A DNA stretch of 64,000 nucleotides. Origin: an uncultured virus (IMG/VR IMGVR_UViG_3300040816_000784) (Duplodnaviria > Heunggongvirae > Uroviricota > Caudoviricetes). The notes under the pieces were generated by a model. It had not been told where the DNA came from. It did no database searches and was given only the letters and a program-made list of their open reading frames with translations. Below, piece after piece: positions 19,403 through 29,611 of this stretch (positions within the stretch are counted from its first letter, which is position 1; every line of letters starts with the position of its first letter). The DNA is taken from IMG/VR virus record IMGVR_UViG_3300040816_000784, one strand, 5' to 3'. The translations under genes were made by a program, and so were the position numbers.

Positions 19403-20321
19403 TACTATTTAGTTGAAGTGCAACTAAAGTAGCAGATAAGTTGATTTCTGGATCTGCTACAGTAACACTTTTACTAATACCGTCCCTAATAATTAAGATT
19501 GCTTGATCTTGTTGTTGTTCTGTGCTACCCCAAAGTTCTAAGTTTCTGTACATAAATTTGTATATGTCATCATACTCTTCGGGTCTTGCTTGGCTAACAA
19601 TCAAATTCCTGGCTTCTTTATACTTGCTGGCTTTAAACAGATCTACTGCTGATAGCATCCAGTCACTACTAGATTGGTCACCTTCTTGTGGCTTTTGTAA
19701 AACATTATCGATTACATTTTGTTGTACTAAGTTTATGCATTTACGCAAATCAGGATATGTAGCCTGGCTATAAGAATCTAATGTATCTAAATCTATTTGT
19801 ACACCTTCTTCAATACAGATAGTTGCTATCCTGGCAATAAACTCTTTGATGTCTAGTTTCTCAATATGAAAGCCTTGACATCTGCTGTGCAATGCAGGAA
19901 TAATACGTTGCGGGTAGTTACAAGTTAGTATGAATCTACAACTAGTGTGATATGTTTCCATCACACCACGAAGTGCCGCTTGACCATTAGGCGTAATATA
20001 ATCAGCCTCATCCAGCAATACATACTTCATGTCTCCAAATGGCATTGTGCTACTGAAGTTTGTGATCTTACTCCTGATAGTATCAACACTATTTTCATTA
20101 CTAGCATTTATTTCTAGTATGTCCATGCTGTCAATATCTAATTCAGAGAGAAGAACCTTTGCTAAAGTAGTCTTACCTGTGCCAGGTGCTCCACTGAAAA
20201 GTAAATGTGGTAATGCCCCTTCTTGGACCCAACCACTAACTTGCCCACGTTGTTTATCATCGCGGAATACATAGTCACCGATGTTATTCGGCCTGTACTT
20301 TTCTACCCATAATTCTTTCAT
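19392..20321 (-). CDS. Sliding-clamp loader subunit (RFC small / T4 gp44-like)
   Basis: LWVEKYRP, PHLLFSGAPGTGKTT, EINAS, LDEAD, HSRC. Confidence 0.93.
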   Translation of the reverse strand: MKELWVEKYRPNNIGDYVFRDDKQRGQVSGWVQEGALPHLLFSGAPGTGKTTLAKVLLSELDIDSMDILEINASNENSVDTIRSKITNFSSTMPFGDMKYVLLDEADYITPNGQAALRGVMETYHTSCRFILTCNYPQRIIPALHSRCQGFHIEKLDIKEFIARIATICIEEGVQIDLDTLDSYSQATYPDLRKCINLVQQNVIDNVLQKPQEGDQSSSDWMLSAVDLFKASKYKEARNLIVSQARPEEYDDIYKFMYRNLELWGSTEQQQDQAILIIRDGISKSVTVADPEINLSATLVALQLNSIDA

Positions 20322-20328
20322 AAAATTC

Positions 20329-20559
20329 CTATACGTTGTTTGGCAAAATACTTATTGCAGTAACGTCATTATATTCGCCATTCGTGGAAAATGTTCTAGT
20401 AATAACAGTTTTCTTCACACCATTATCAATGTTTTCAAATGTAGTGAACTCTTGTGCAATTAAGCCTTCTCGAGGTTGTTCAAAAATCATGTCATTAGCA
20501 TAGTCACTGATGACTCTTGCTGACTTTTTGAATTCCGCTTTTGTGTTAAATGTTGTCAT
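20329..20559 (-). CDS. Hypothetical protein
   Basis: ATG 20559 with GGAG SD downstream of a consensus promoter. Confidence 0.65.
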   Translation of the reverse strand: MTTFNTKAEFKKSARVISDYANDMIFEQPREGLIAQEFTTFENIDNGVKKTVITRTFSTNGEYNDVTAISILPNNV

Positions 20560-20583
20560 GTAATTTCTCCATAATAAGTGTGT

Positions 20584-20612
20584 ATTATAATACATCTACT
20601 TACACATGTCAA
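20584..20612 (-). promoter_or_regulatory. Consensus sigma70 promoter
   Basis: TTGACA-17 nt-TATAAT. Confidence 0.85.
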
Positions 20613-20664
20613 GTCTTTTATTTGATAAATAACATTAAATAAAATTCGATTGTAGGAGATCAAA

Positions 20665-23340
20665 TTGGCTAATACATATAATTACGGTCAAAAGGGTGTT
20701 TCAACCGACTTACAATTTGGTAAAAGAGGACCACGTCTAGTAGCAAATGCATCAACAAGTGCATTACAAGTTACCACAGATGACGGTAATACATTATCAA
20801 ACTTAAGAATCGCTAATGCTACAGTTTCCACTGATGCAGTTACCAAGGCTCAATTAGATGCCAGTGTTGCTAACGTTGGAAGTAATGCATTTAATATTAC
20901 ATTAGGCAATATTGATGCAGATGGTGATGGTGATTGGTTTATCACTCCTGACCAAGGTGAATACGACGGAAATTCATCTGTAACTAGATCCGGTGCCGTC
21001 GCTTTAAGTAATTCCACATCAGTGGCAGAGTCAATTGATACTCTTAACGAAACAATGTGGAATATACAAAACAACACATACGTTAGAGATGTAAGTTTTA
21101 CAACTAACGTATCTGAAGGTGGTAACCCATTAAGTGTAACACTAACTATAAATGCTACAGGTAATGCAAATAGATACACTATTGATTGGGGTGACGGAGA
21201 CACTACTACTGCAACATCAGATAGTACTCCAAGTCATACATACACCGATAATACAAACTCACCTTTTGATGTACAAGTAACAGCATTTAATAACAGTGGT
21301 GCAGGTGCAGGTTCAACTGCAACTCACACAGAAACTGACTTTATTACATTGTATACTGCAACACCAGTTGCAGACTTTGACTTGTACTCAGCAAGTTCAG
21401 GTGGTAGTGCTTTAACAGGAAACAACAGATACATGATTGCAGGCAACGTTGTATACTTAGAAAATACAACAACTAACTCAAGTTCAGCAACATGTACATA
21501 TGAAATCAATTGGGGTGACGGTAGTGCTAATACTTCAGTTAGTTCAGGTGGTGCTGGTGACGTAGGTCAAGCAAGAACAAGTCATACTTACTCAGCAAGT
21601 AGTAGCAGTAGCATGTACACAATTACAATGCAACAGACTGCTCACAGTACAGCATCTCCAAGTGAAGTAGGTAGTACAACTACTGATTCATTTAAAGTGT
21701 ACGCAACAACTCCAAGTGTACCACAAGGACTTAGTAGTAAGACTATTAGTTTTGGTGAAAGCAGTTCGGGAACCAGTCCATATCTTGCATCAGGCTTTAT
21801 TGATAACAGTACTGATGATAGTGGTACAGCAGGACAAAGTGTTTCCAGAATTACAAACAATAGTGCAGGAACATATACTGACAGTTCCATAATCAGTACA
21901 TACGCCTACAATGCCGAAGCAGGTGACCTTGGTGTAAATTTAAATGGAACATTATTAGACAACACATCATTTAGTAGTGGTGATGACTCAGGTACATATG
22001 GTAACTTAGTTATTACAGCAGATGATGATTATCAATTTTTAACAGCATCAGGTAGCAGTACTTCTTTTAGTAGCAGTACAAACTACCCAGGTGCATATGA
22101 AGGCTTTAAAGCAAGAGCACGTTTTACAACTGCTGATTTACCAGTTGGTACAAACAGCATGTATTTAAGTCATAGTGCAACAGGTAATACTAACATTGTT
22201 AGTTTTGTAAAAGATGACTTAACATCAGCACCAACAGTAAGCATGACAGGTGCAACTATAACAGAGAATTCACCAGGAACATTAAAGTATGTTTCGGGTA
22301 TTCCTTACTATACTAACAATGCAACACTAGACTTAACAGGTGTTAGTGTTTATAATTGGATAGGACAAACTTATAGAAATACTAGCCAACCATTCGAAGT
22401 AACAAATGGTACTAACCAAGAAGGAACATCGGGTTCTGCTATTGGTACTCAGAACTATACTTACGCACAAATTGATGGTTCAAGTACATTCTTAAGTGGC
22501 GGTATTCCAATTGCTAACACAGGTAAAGACAGTGGTAATGCTTATTCAATAGGTACAATCTCAGTTAGTGTAAACGGTGGCGGTACTGGTATAGAACAAC
22601 TTAAAGCAAGATTGTATAATGTAAATGGCTCAAGTAATTATGAAGAACTAAGTGGCAAATACATTCAAGCATGGAACAGCACATCAGGTATAGACGAAGA
22701 GAACATACCAGTAAGCGACAGTTTAGGTGCTGGCTTTGACGATGACGGATTAAGAATTACAGGTTTTGGTAGTGGCGACACACCAGCATTTGATAATAGT
22801 GTAAACAACTATACTGCAAATGCATGGACTGGTGCAGAAACTATAGCAGGCACAGTAGAAGCAGTAAACAGATTTGGTACAATAAAACATTTTGATACTG
22901 ATCTAAGTGGTTCAGCATACTTCCCAACAGGACCTAATCTAAATTCAGGTAGAAGTGGAGCTCAGTACTTTACTTTTGCATTTAGAAGAACAACAATGGC
23001 AAACTTTGATATCACATTAAGTGGTACTATAAGCGGTTTATTTATTGCCGCACCTGGCACAGACATTGATGATGCGTCAGGGTTAAATGGTTGGTTAGAT
23101 GCAGGTATAACATATGGTGGATCAGGTACTCCAGGTAGTGATACAGGTAATGGTGGTAATGGTTCAAATGGTTGTGCATTTACATCAGGTGATAGAATTA
23201 TAGATGGTACTAGTTATAGTAACAATACATTTACAATGACACTTGGTGACCAAAACGGTACTAATGCCACTGGTAATAATATACTTGTTAGGATCAAACT
23301 AGAGGACGGCGACAGTCTAACTGCGTTGAGTGTGGCATAA
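20665..23340 (+). CDS. PKD-domain virion/adhesion-like protein
   Basis: 891 aa, TTG start with AGGAG SD and GATAAATA box; two YxIxWGDG PKD motifs; N-terminus resembles 105..3161. Confidence 0.7.
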   Translation: MANTYNYGQKGVSTDLQFGKRGPRLVANASTSALQVTTDDGNTLSNLRIANATVSTDAVTKAQLDASVANVGSNAFNITLGNIDADGDGDWFITPDQGEYDGNSSVTRSGAVALSNSTSVAESIDTLNETMWNIQNNTYVRDVSFTTNVSEGGNPLSVTLTINATGNANRYTIDWGDGDTTTATSDSTPSHTYTDNTNSPFDVQVTAFNNSGAGAGSTATHTETDFITLYTATPVADFDLYSASSGGSALTGNNRYMIAGNVVYLENTTTNSSSATCTYEINWGDGSANTSVSSGGAGDVGQARTSHTYSASSSSSMYTITMQQTAHSTASPSEVGSTTTDSFKVYATTPSVPQGLSSKTISFGESSSGTSPYLASGFIDNSTDDSGTAGQSVSRITNNSAGTYTDSSIISTYAYNAEAGDLGVNLNGTLLDNTSFSSGDDSGTYGNLVITADDDYQFLTASGSSTSFSSSTNYPGAYEGFKARARFTTADLPVGTNSMYLSHSATGNTNIVSFVKDDLTSAPTVSMTGATITENSPGTLKYVSGIPYYTNNATLDLTGVSVYNWIGQTYRNTSQPFEVTNGTNQEGTSGSAIGTQNYTYAQIDGSSTFLSGGIPIANTGKDSGNAYSIGTISVSVNGGGTGIEQLKARLYNVNGSSNYEELSGKYIQAWNSTSGIDEENIPVSDSLGAGFDDDGLRITGFGSGDTPAFDNSVNNYTANAWTGAETIAGTVEAVNRFGTIKHFDTDLSGSAYFPTGPNLNSGRSGAQYFTFAFRRTTMANFDITLSGTISGLFIAAPGTDIDDASGLNGWLDAGITYGGSGTPGSDTGNGGNGSNGCAFTSGDRIIDGTSYSNNTFTMTLGDQNGTNATGNNILVRIKLEDGDSLTALSVA

Positions 23341-24401
23341 TGGCAATATCAACATCACAAAAAGTCGACCTATTATGGAAGAAAATTGGTTTTGGTAAAG
23401 CCAAAACAGATACAAATGATGCTAAAAAGGCTCCTAACGAACCAAATGCAAGTAGTTTAATTGTTAAAGACTCTGACATTTGGAATCAGTCGGGTAGCAT
23501 ACCAGCAACATTACCAAGTGCAAATAGCAGTATTGCTAATGTGTATTTGGATAGTGTAAGTGGTGCATTAGAAACAACAGAGGATGGTTCCTCAACAGAC
23601 AATAGAACTTGGAAAACAGGTGTTACAAATTGGATACCACCTCAATTCGGTTCTACATATCAATTAAAAGTATATGCGGCGCCATCTGGAACAGCAAACG
23701 TTGAAAGCAATGGCACACAACTTTTCGAAACAGGTTCAGGTAACAGTGACGAATGGTACTTTGATTATCAATCAGGTATATTAAACTTTATTGGCGATAA
23801 CTTACCAAGCGATATAGGTACAGGTACTAGCAATGTTATACATGTTGCTGGTGCTGTTTATGTTGGTAACACAGGTGTTACATCAACTGGTACCAATATG
23901 GTATATCACAACTTTGCTACTTTAACAGCCACATTTGCATCAACTACAATTGAAGCAGGTGACTTTGTTAAAGTTGACGATGGTGGTGATGGTGAGTATA
24001 GATTATATATTGCCAATCAAGCAGATCCAAGTCAAACAAGTCATCTTACACTAATTGGTACAGCCGATAGTGCAACTACAGATGCCGGAACACTTACAGC
24101 AACATTTGATTATAGTGCTGGTAGTGTATTACTTGGTAATATCTCTGAAGGTTGTAAAGTTACTAGTGTAACAGTTACAACTAATATAGCATTTAACGAC
24201 AATACTGCTGAAGTAACTGTTGGTGATGCCGGAGATAATGAAAGATTGATGACTGCTGATGAGAATGATTTATTAGATGTATTCAGTTATGAAAGCACAC
24301 CTAGTTATGTTTATGGTGCAGGTGATACAGATGTTTACGCATATCTATCACCAGGTACTGCATCACAAGGTAATGTGACTGTATCAGTAAGTTATAAGTA
24401 A
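23340..24401 (+). CDS. Putative virion structural protein
   Basis: 353 aa; TAATG coupling with previous gene; C-terminal domain shared with 3246..5282. Confidence 0.65.
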   Translation: MAISTSQKVDLLWKKIGFGKAKTDTNDAKKAPNEPNASSLIVKDSDIWNQSGSIPATLPSANSSIANVYLDSVSGALETTEDGSSTDNRTWKTGVTNWIPPQFGSTYQLKVYAAPSGTANVESNGTQLFETGSGNSDEWYFDYQSGILNFIGDNLPSDIGTGTSNVIHVAGAVYVGNTGVTSTGTNMVYHNFATLTATFASTTIEAGDFVKVDDGGDGEYRLYIANQADPSQTSHLTLIGTADSATTDAGTLTATFDYSAGSVLLGNISEGCKVTSVTVTTNIAFNDNTAEVTVGDAGDNERLMTADENDLLDVFSYESTPSYVYGAGDTDVYAYLSPGTASQGNVTVSVSYK

Positions 24402-24418
24402 TATTATAAAAATTTGAG

Positions 24419-24444
24419 AAGGGACCTAGTGTCCCTTTTCTTTT
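24419..24444. terminator. Intrinsic terminator between convergent genes
   Basis: AAGGGAC-CTAGT-GTCCCTT followed by T tract. Confidence 0.7.
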
Positions 24445-24446
24445 GA

Positions 24447-24608
24447 CTATTTAGACTGGCCGCTTTCTATTCCAATACCTGCAAGTATTAAGAATGCTGA
24501 TCCTACTAACCACCATGGATTAAGAGAACCAAATATTACACCAGCAAGTACAATACAACCTGCTAGGCCTACTGTGCTAAGTCCTGTTCTTTCGTTTGGT
24601 AATTTCAT
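24447..24608 (-). CDS. 53-aa two-helix membrane protein (not in ORF track)
   Basis: MKLPNERTGLSTVGLAGCIVLAGVIFGSLNPWWLVGSAFLILAGIGIESGQSK; fills the gap; TAAATA box upstream. Confidence 0.7.
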   Translation of the reverse strand: MKLPNERTGLSTVGLAGCIVLAGVIFGSLNPWWLVGSAFLILAGIGIESGQSK

Positions 24609-24633
24609 ATGCGTATATTTACAGTGCTAGACA

Positions 24634-24990
24634 TTACGAAAATGGAGTAATTGATTTATCCGTAGATGATATATTAAATGTGTCTGGCTTTTCATCTGCT
24701 ACAGCCATACATGCTTTGTTTTCAACTAACCAAATCTTTTGGCCTTCTTCTAGTCTATCGTCCTTGATAGAAAAGCCTTCACTCCAACGACCGTATTCTA
24801 CATACACCCATTGTCCTGGTTCAATCCAATCTACATCTGGGCCTACTTCAAATACCTTAAACCAACGTGGAGTTGTTCCTTCTGAAGTACCAATAGTTGC
24901 TTTTACAATAATACCATGTTTAGTAGTTTTGTCGCCAAAGTCACCATCGACACAAAGTATTCTGTCTTTAATTGCTCTAAGTTTACTCAT
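24634..24990 (-). CDS. GroES-like co-chaperonin
   Basis: LRAIKDRIL...KTTKHGIIV...KVFEVGPDV...IEPGQWV matches Cpn10 pattern. Confidence 0.75.
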   Translation of the reverse strand: MSKLRAIKDRILCVDGDFGDKTTKHGIIVKATIGTSEGTTPRWFKVFEVGPDVDWIEPGQWVYVEYGRWSEGFSIKDDRLEEGQKIWLVENKACMAVADEKPDTFNISSTDKSITPFS

Positions 24991-25441
24991 CTTCTGACCA
25001 GTCATCCTCAAATACAGGAACCATTTCTATATCACCGTTTGGTTTTTCTACTTCTTTATAACTGACAATTTTTCTTTCTTCAGTGAGAGTTGGTGGTTGT
25101 TCTTGTACTGGTGCTGGTTCTACAGCATTCATTACACTTTGATCTGCTTCGGTTTTTTGTGCTTCAGCAGTTTTTAATTCTGGTTCTGCTTTAGTTTCAG
25201 TTTGATTAGATACGTCTGGCATTGCACCTTTTAAAGAAGTCTTTGCAGTACTACTCTTGGGATTATCTTTGTAGTATGCTCTAGCACGATCTTCTGCTTT
25301 TTGCACTACTTCGCCATTAGGTCCAAGGACGTCACCTTGTGCGTTCACAGGCATGTTGCCCATAGCACGTTCTTCGCCTTGACTTGCTAACATTGATTCA
25401 AAGTCAATTATCTTACCTTGTCTGCTTCTACGTTGTACCAT
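24983..25441 (-). CDS. Hypothetical phage protein
   Basis: 152-aa ORF with low-complexity middle. Confidence 0.65.
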   Translation of the reverse strand: MVQRRSRQGKIIDFESMLASQGEERAMGNMPVNAQGDVLGPNGEVVQKAEDRARAYYKDNPKSSTAKTSLKGAMPDVSNQTETKAEPELKTAEAQKTEADQSVMNAVEPAPVQEQPPTLTEERKIVSYKEVEKPNGDIEMVPVFEDDWSEDE

Positions 25442-25442
25442 A

Positions 25443-25946
25443 TTACCTCTTTAAAAATTCTCTAATATCTAAATTATATTTAATAGAATCTACTTTGTGT
25501 ATGCCAATTAAATAAAGTATATAACTTGCTACACTAGATCCTCTACCTACTCCCCACACAAGATCATTTCTTCTCAAAATGTCTACTACAAATAATAAAA
25601 CTTGTATAATAGGAAATAAGTTTCTTTCCTTATAAAGTGCTAGTTCCATTTCAACTCTAGCGGTTATGATGTTTACATCTTGTCCTGATGTTGGAACTAA
25701 CCCTCTTATATATTCCTCAACATCTATTTCTTTATAGTGTATTGGTATATTGTATGTATTTATCCTGTCGAAATCATCTTCCCCTAGGATTTTTAGTCTA
25801 TCTATACCTAACTCGTTACAAAACTTATTAAATTTTGCAACATCTTGTGTTTCAGTAAACTCCACATTACTTATATCTTTTCCAGTATAAAGCAATTCTA
25901 TACCAGTCTTTTCGTCACTAAGATATCTATTGTGTTTATCTAACAT
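25443..25946 (-). CDS. DNA polymerase III alpha (DnaE)-like fragment
   Basis: RVEMEL...WGVGRGSSVASYILYLIGIHKVDSIKYNL..REFL; ends before the PDIDxD motif. Confidence 0.85.
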   Translation of the reverse strand: MLDKHNRYLSDEKTGIELLYTGKDISNVEFTETQDVAKFNKFCNELGIDRLKILGEDDFDRINTYNIPIHYKEIDVEEYIRGLVPTSGQDVNIITARVEMELALYKERNLFPIIQVLLFVVDILRRNDLVWGVGRGSSVASYILYLIGIHKVDSIKYNLDIREFLKR

Positions 25947-25952
25947 ATTACT

Positions 25953-25981
25953 AGTATACATTATTTTGTGTTAGTCGTCAA
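25953..25981 (-). promoter_or_regulatory. Sigma70-type promoter for the dnaE fragment (leaderless)
   Basis: TTGACG-17 nt-TATACT with TG extension, 6 nt before ATG 25946. Confidence 0.7.
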
Positions 25982-26720
25982 GTTTTTTTTGTTCTTCTTT
26001 GGATGGGAATAGTTCAATCACTTGGCCTCTTTTCTTTTCTTCTTCTGGATATATAAGTTCCATTTGATTGTATATGTCTTTTTCTATTTTATTAAAGTCA
26101 GCATTTATTTCAGCAGTCCTACCTTCCAAATCTTCTCTAATTTTTATTGCTTCTTCCATGCTAGTTGCATTCATATCATATGAACTAATAGTATCTCTGC
26201 ACCACCATGGGAATTCATATATACTGAACTCTCCTACAAAGTCATTTGCTGAAGGTAACATTTGTAGTACTTTGCTGTACTCAATGTTTTCGTGTTCGTA
26301 TTCAATACCTGTATGATAATCTGTAAGTGTTAAAGAATCTACATACACATTTTCTTTGCACAATGTATTAAATTTTGCCATTAGAACATTTGCTAATGAG
26401 TTTATAGTAACTTCTGGTGTTATAAAAAGATAATTATTTGAACTGGCAAAGTGAGAATTGATGCAACCTTGCGATTCTGGTGAGTACCAAAATGCCTGAT
26501 CTACATAGTTTTCTAACCAATGTACTATTTTTTGGTAACTGATATTTTGATCTACACTAACATCAAATGTGCTAGAGTCTTCCGGCTTTTGAGTATACAT
26601 ACTCCAACTAACTGAAAATTTATTATAAGAAACGTTGTCTATGTCGTTTGAATCCGGAATATGAAATACTCCTAGTAAGCCAATGTCTCTGCCTGATTTA
26701 AGTCTCGCCGTCTGTGTCAT
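25971..26720 (-). CDS. Hypothetical phage protein
   Basis: 249-aa ORF. Confidence 0.7.
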   Translation of the reverse strand: MTQTARLKSGRDIGLLGVFHIPDSNDIDNVSYNKFSVSWSMYTQKPEDSSTFDVSVDQNISYQKIVHWLENYVDQAFWYSPESQGCINSHFASSNNYLFITPEVTINSLANVLMAKFNTLCKENVYVDSLTLTDYHTGIEYEHENIEYSKVLQMLPSANDFVGEFSIYEFPWWCRDTISSYDMNATSMEEAIKIREDLEGRTAEINADFNKIEKDIYNQMELIYPEEEKKRGQVIELFPSKEEQKKLDD

Positions 26721-27078
26721 ATCGGAATATCTCTATTTTGTCTTGTTCTTTCTTTATAGCCTCTTCTTTGGCTTTTTGTGTATAAGAATGTGCAACATTA
26801 TTTATAAGTTTCTGTTCTTCGGGTAAATCAAGATCGAACACCTCTCCTGATATCTCACCAATTTCAATTGTTTGTTCTGGGTTTTGTTTTAGTTTGTCTT
26901 TGTGTATCTGCATTTGCATACGTTCTTGGTATTCTAGTTGTACTGCATCACGTAAGCCTAATACTTGATTGTATAATGGGTTACTACCATTTAAAGTATA
27001 TAATTTTTGTGTATACTTTTTATTAAGTTCCAGTAATTCTTCTGTAGTTTTGGTTGTAAAATCTATTAGTGGATTCAT
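26698..27078 (-). CDS. Hypothetical protein
   Basis: 126-aa helical ORF coupled to neighbours. Confidence 0.65.
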   Translation of the reverse strand: MNPLIDFTTKTTEELLELNKKYTQKLYTLNGSNPLYNQVLGLRDAVQLEYQERMQMQIHKDKLKQNPEQTIEIGEISGEVFDLDLPEEQKLINNVAHSYTQKAKEEAIKKEQDKIEIFRYDTDGET

Positions 27079-27395
27079 AATGATAACTTGAACAACATAG
27101 CATTGTGTTCATCCTTAAATCTTATAGTGTTTCTTCTCAATTGATAATCCCAAAACTCTTTTAACTTATATTTGTTAGTAAACTTTCTTGTAATCTGTTT
27201 AGCATCTAAATACTCATATCTTGTAGCAATCATTGTTGTATCACCACGTGGTAATTCAATCTCAGTATCTTTCCATTCGTGCCAAAGTTTATTAAAATGT
27301 GAAGCACGTTCTTCTGGAGTATCTAGTTTAACATCACCCCACAGTTCCTGTGGAAACAAAGTGCTAATAGTTTGTATTTTATTGGACTGTGACAT
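27075..27395 (-). CDS. Hypothetical protein
   Basis: ORF ending AMLFKLSL; start at MSQSN chosen to limit overlap. Confidence 0.6.
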   Translation of the reverse strand: MSQSNKIQTISTLFPQELWGDVKLDTPEERASHFNKLWHEWKDTEIELPRGDTTMIATRYEYLDAKQITRKFTNKYKLKEFWDYQLRRNTIRFKDEHNAMLFKLSL

Positions 27396-28254
27396 TTTTG
27401 TTTTCTGATAATGTTGAGTAATATAAAAGTGTTTCCTCATTCACACCATTGTGATTATGTTGTTTACTTAATATAATATTCAAATTAGGCAGAGCATTTT
27501 CGAAACACTTTTCAATAACATAACTCTTAGATCTACCAGCAACATTAAAGTCCCAACCATTTATAATATGTTTTGCTACAAACTCATCTTTGTTTGTATC
27601 AAGTATTTTATTTACTTGCATACGTCTATGGGGAGATATAGTTTCACTTTCATAACCTTTAGAAACTAATTTTGCAGTAGCATCTACTATGTCATCTGTT
27701 TTAATAATAAGTGTATCAATATCGTCACTAGTGCTGTGATTGTCCCACAGTATGTTAAATCTATTATTGCTACATACAGTAGTTGTATAGTTGTCTGTTG
27801 ATCTAACGTTTTTAAATTTTAATTGTTCTGATATAACGTTGCTAGGATTAAATGCACTTCTTATTATAATACCTACAAAGTTATTTAATGGTAATTCTGA
27901 ACCTGCTTCATTTGTTGTAATAAAGTGCTTATCATACACTTCTTTAAATTGCTCTACTGGATATGAGTATATGTTTATACCATTTGGACCTTTACCTAAA
28001 TTCATACCAGTTGTTTCACAATACTTACTGCCATCTACTGCATTGCTGTTTAAACCTATACCAGTAATGCCTGTTGGCATGTTTGAATGCCTAGACACTA
28101 ACAGTATACATTTGTTGACTGCCCACATAGTAGACAAATGGTTTCTTGATATGCTGATTTCGTTGAAACCTAAACCACGTAAAAGTACCACAACATTTGT
28201 AATGTCATGTTCATCTGGGTTTACGTTATACTCTAGAAATACTACTTCAGACAT
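27379..28254 (-). CDS. Divergent 4-hydroxyphenylpyruvate dioxygenase-like (VOC fold) protein
   Basis: VVFLEY..LRGLGF..SRNH N-terminal pattern; DIDTLIIKTDDI aligns by eye to GIQHIAxxTDDI; C-terminal QHNHNGVNEETL. Confidence 0.45.
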   Translation of the reverse strand: MSEVVFLEYNVNPDEHDITNVVVLLRGLGFNEISISRNHLSTMWAVNKCILLVSRHSNMPTGITGIGLNSNAVDGSKYCETTGMNLGKGPNGINIYSYPVEQFKEVYDKHFITTNEAGSELPLNNFVGIIIRSAFNPSNVISEQLKFKNVRSTDNYTTTVCSNNRFNILWDNHSTSDDIDTLIIKTDDIVDATAKLVSKGYESETISPHRRMQVNKILDTNKDEFVAKHIINGWDFNVAGRSKSYVIEKCFENALPNLNIILSKQHNHNGVNEETLLYYSTLSENKNVTVQ

Positions 28255-28612
28255 CGAATGTTACACTCTCTCCACAACCACAAGAACCAACTGCTTTAGG
28301 AGATGTAACAATCAAAGATAAACCTTTAATGCCTTCGTCTTTAATATCTATTAGACTACCCTCTAATAAAGGTAGACTTAATTCGTTCACTAGTAGTACA
28401 AATCCATCGCACTCTAGGACATAGGCATATTGATTAGAATAGTATTCAGATACAAGTTCCCAGTCATATTCAAATCCAGCACAACCATTAGGTATTAGAT
28501 TAAGTTCTACTCCTATGTGACTGTCCTTTTGAACTTGTTGGCGTAAATGATCCTGTGCAACTTTAGTTACAGTCAGTTTTTCGCCAGGGTGAAAAGTTTT
28601 TAATGCATCCAT
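28247..28612 (-). CDS. A-type Fe-S carrier (IscA/SufA family)
   Basis: GCAGFEY and CGCGES motifs. Confidence 0.9.
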   Translation of the reverse strand: MDALKTFHPGEKLTVTKVAQDHLRQQVQKDSHIGVELNLIPNGCAGFEYDWELVSEYYSNQYAYVLECDGFVLLVNELSLPLLEGSLIDIKDEGIKGLSLIVTSPKAVGSCGCGESVTFDV

Positions 28613-28624
28613 ACTATTATTTAT

Positions 28625-29215
28625 CTAAGATCTTTGATCAATTATCTCGTCTGCTAATCCCCATGCTAAGGCCTCTTTAGCATTCATAAAGTTGTCACGA
28701 TCCATAGCCGCTTCAAACTCTTGGTATGTTTTACCTTTAGCATTATGCTTAACATAGATATTTGTGAGCTCTTTTTTGATTCTAATAATCTCTCTAGCAC
28801 GGATTTCAATATCACTTGCTTGTCCACTTGCACCGCCTAATGGTTGGTGAATCATTGTTCTAGCATTTGGTAGTAAAAATCTTTTACCTTCTGCACCTGC
28901 TTGAGCAAGTAAACTTCCCATACTAGCCGCTTGGCCCATAACAATAGTTGATACATCTGGTTTGATATACTGCATTGTATCGTACATTGCCATACCACTT
29001 GTAACAGTACCGCCTGGTGAATTGATATAAAAGTTGATATCTGAATTAGGGTCATCTGCTTCTAAGAATAGTAATTGAGCACAAATGGCATTAGAAACAG
29101 TATCATTTACTTCTCCATTTAAAAACACAATTCTTTCTTTAAGTAGTCTGCTGTAGATATCATAACTACGTTCACCTGCACTTGTTTTTTCGATTACATA
29201 TGGTATAAAATTCAT
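28625..29215 (-). CDS. clpP: Clp protease proteolytic subunit
   Basis: [38 protein letters not shown]. Confidence 0.97.
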   Translation of the reverse strand: MNFIPYVIEKTSAGERSYDIYSRLLKERIVFLNGEVNDTVSNAICAQLLFLEADDPNSDINFYINSPGGTVTSGMAMYDTMQYIKPDVSTIVMGQAASMGSLLAQAGAEGKRFLLPNARTMIHQPLGGASGQASDIEIRAREIIRIKKELTNIYVKHNAKGKTYQEFEAAMDRDNFMNAKEALAWGLADEIIDQRS

Positions 29216-29605
29216 TTAATTTCTCACTATTGATAAAACTTTGTTCATAAAACTTCTAACACCTGTAATTCTTCCTGTGGTTAAATTACTTGGACATATA
29301 AAAGCAAACTTATCATTAAAGTTTATATTTAAAATATCTTCATCACTCATTTCAACAATGTGTGACATTATTATGTTAAGTAAACCTTGAACGAATATGG
29401 CATTTGATTCCCATAACCATTCGCTGTTTTCTCTAGATACCCAAACAAGACTTTGACATCCGTATACACGATTTACATCTTGCTTTAACATGCTCATTTT
29501 AGTGTCATCTTGTACAACACTATCCATGCCATGTTCCATGATGTACTCATGTAAATCTCTTGCTTCTAAGGTATCTAACCACTCAAGGTCTTGTTTCTTT
29601 AACAT
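29216..29605 (-). CDS. sufE: SufE-family sulfur acceptor
   Basis: VYGCQSLVWV, ESNAIFVQGL, LTTGRITG match SufE GCQSxVW / DSDAxIVKGL / LSxxRxNG. Confidence 0.8.
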   Translation of the reverse strand: MLKKQDLEWLDTLEARDLHEYIMEHGMDSVVQDDTKMSMLKQDVNRVYGCQSLVWVSRENSEWLWESNAIFVQGLLNIIMSHIVEMSDEDILNINFNDKFAFICPSNLTTGRITGVRSFMNKVLSIVRN

Positions 29606-29611
29606 GGTATT

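Noticed and set aside
25443..25946. Split intein in the dnaE fragment
   Set aside because: No N-intein (CL/CF-start) block follows the polymerase segment; the ORF simply stops
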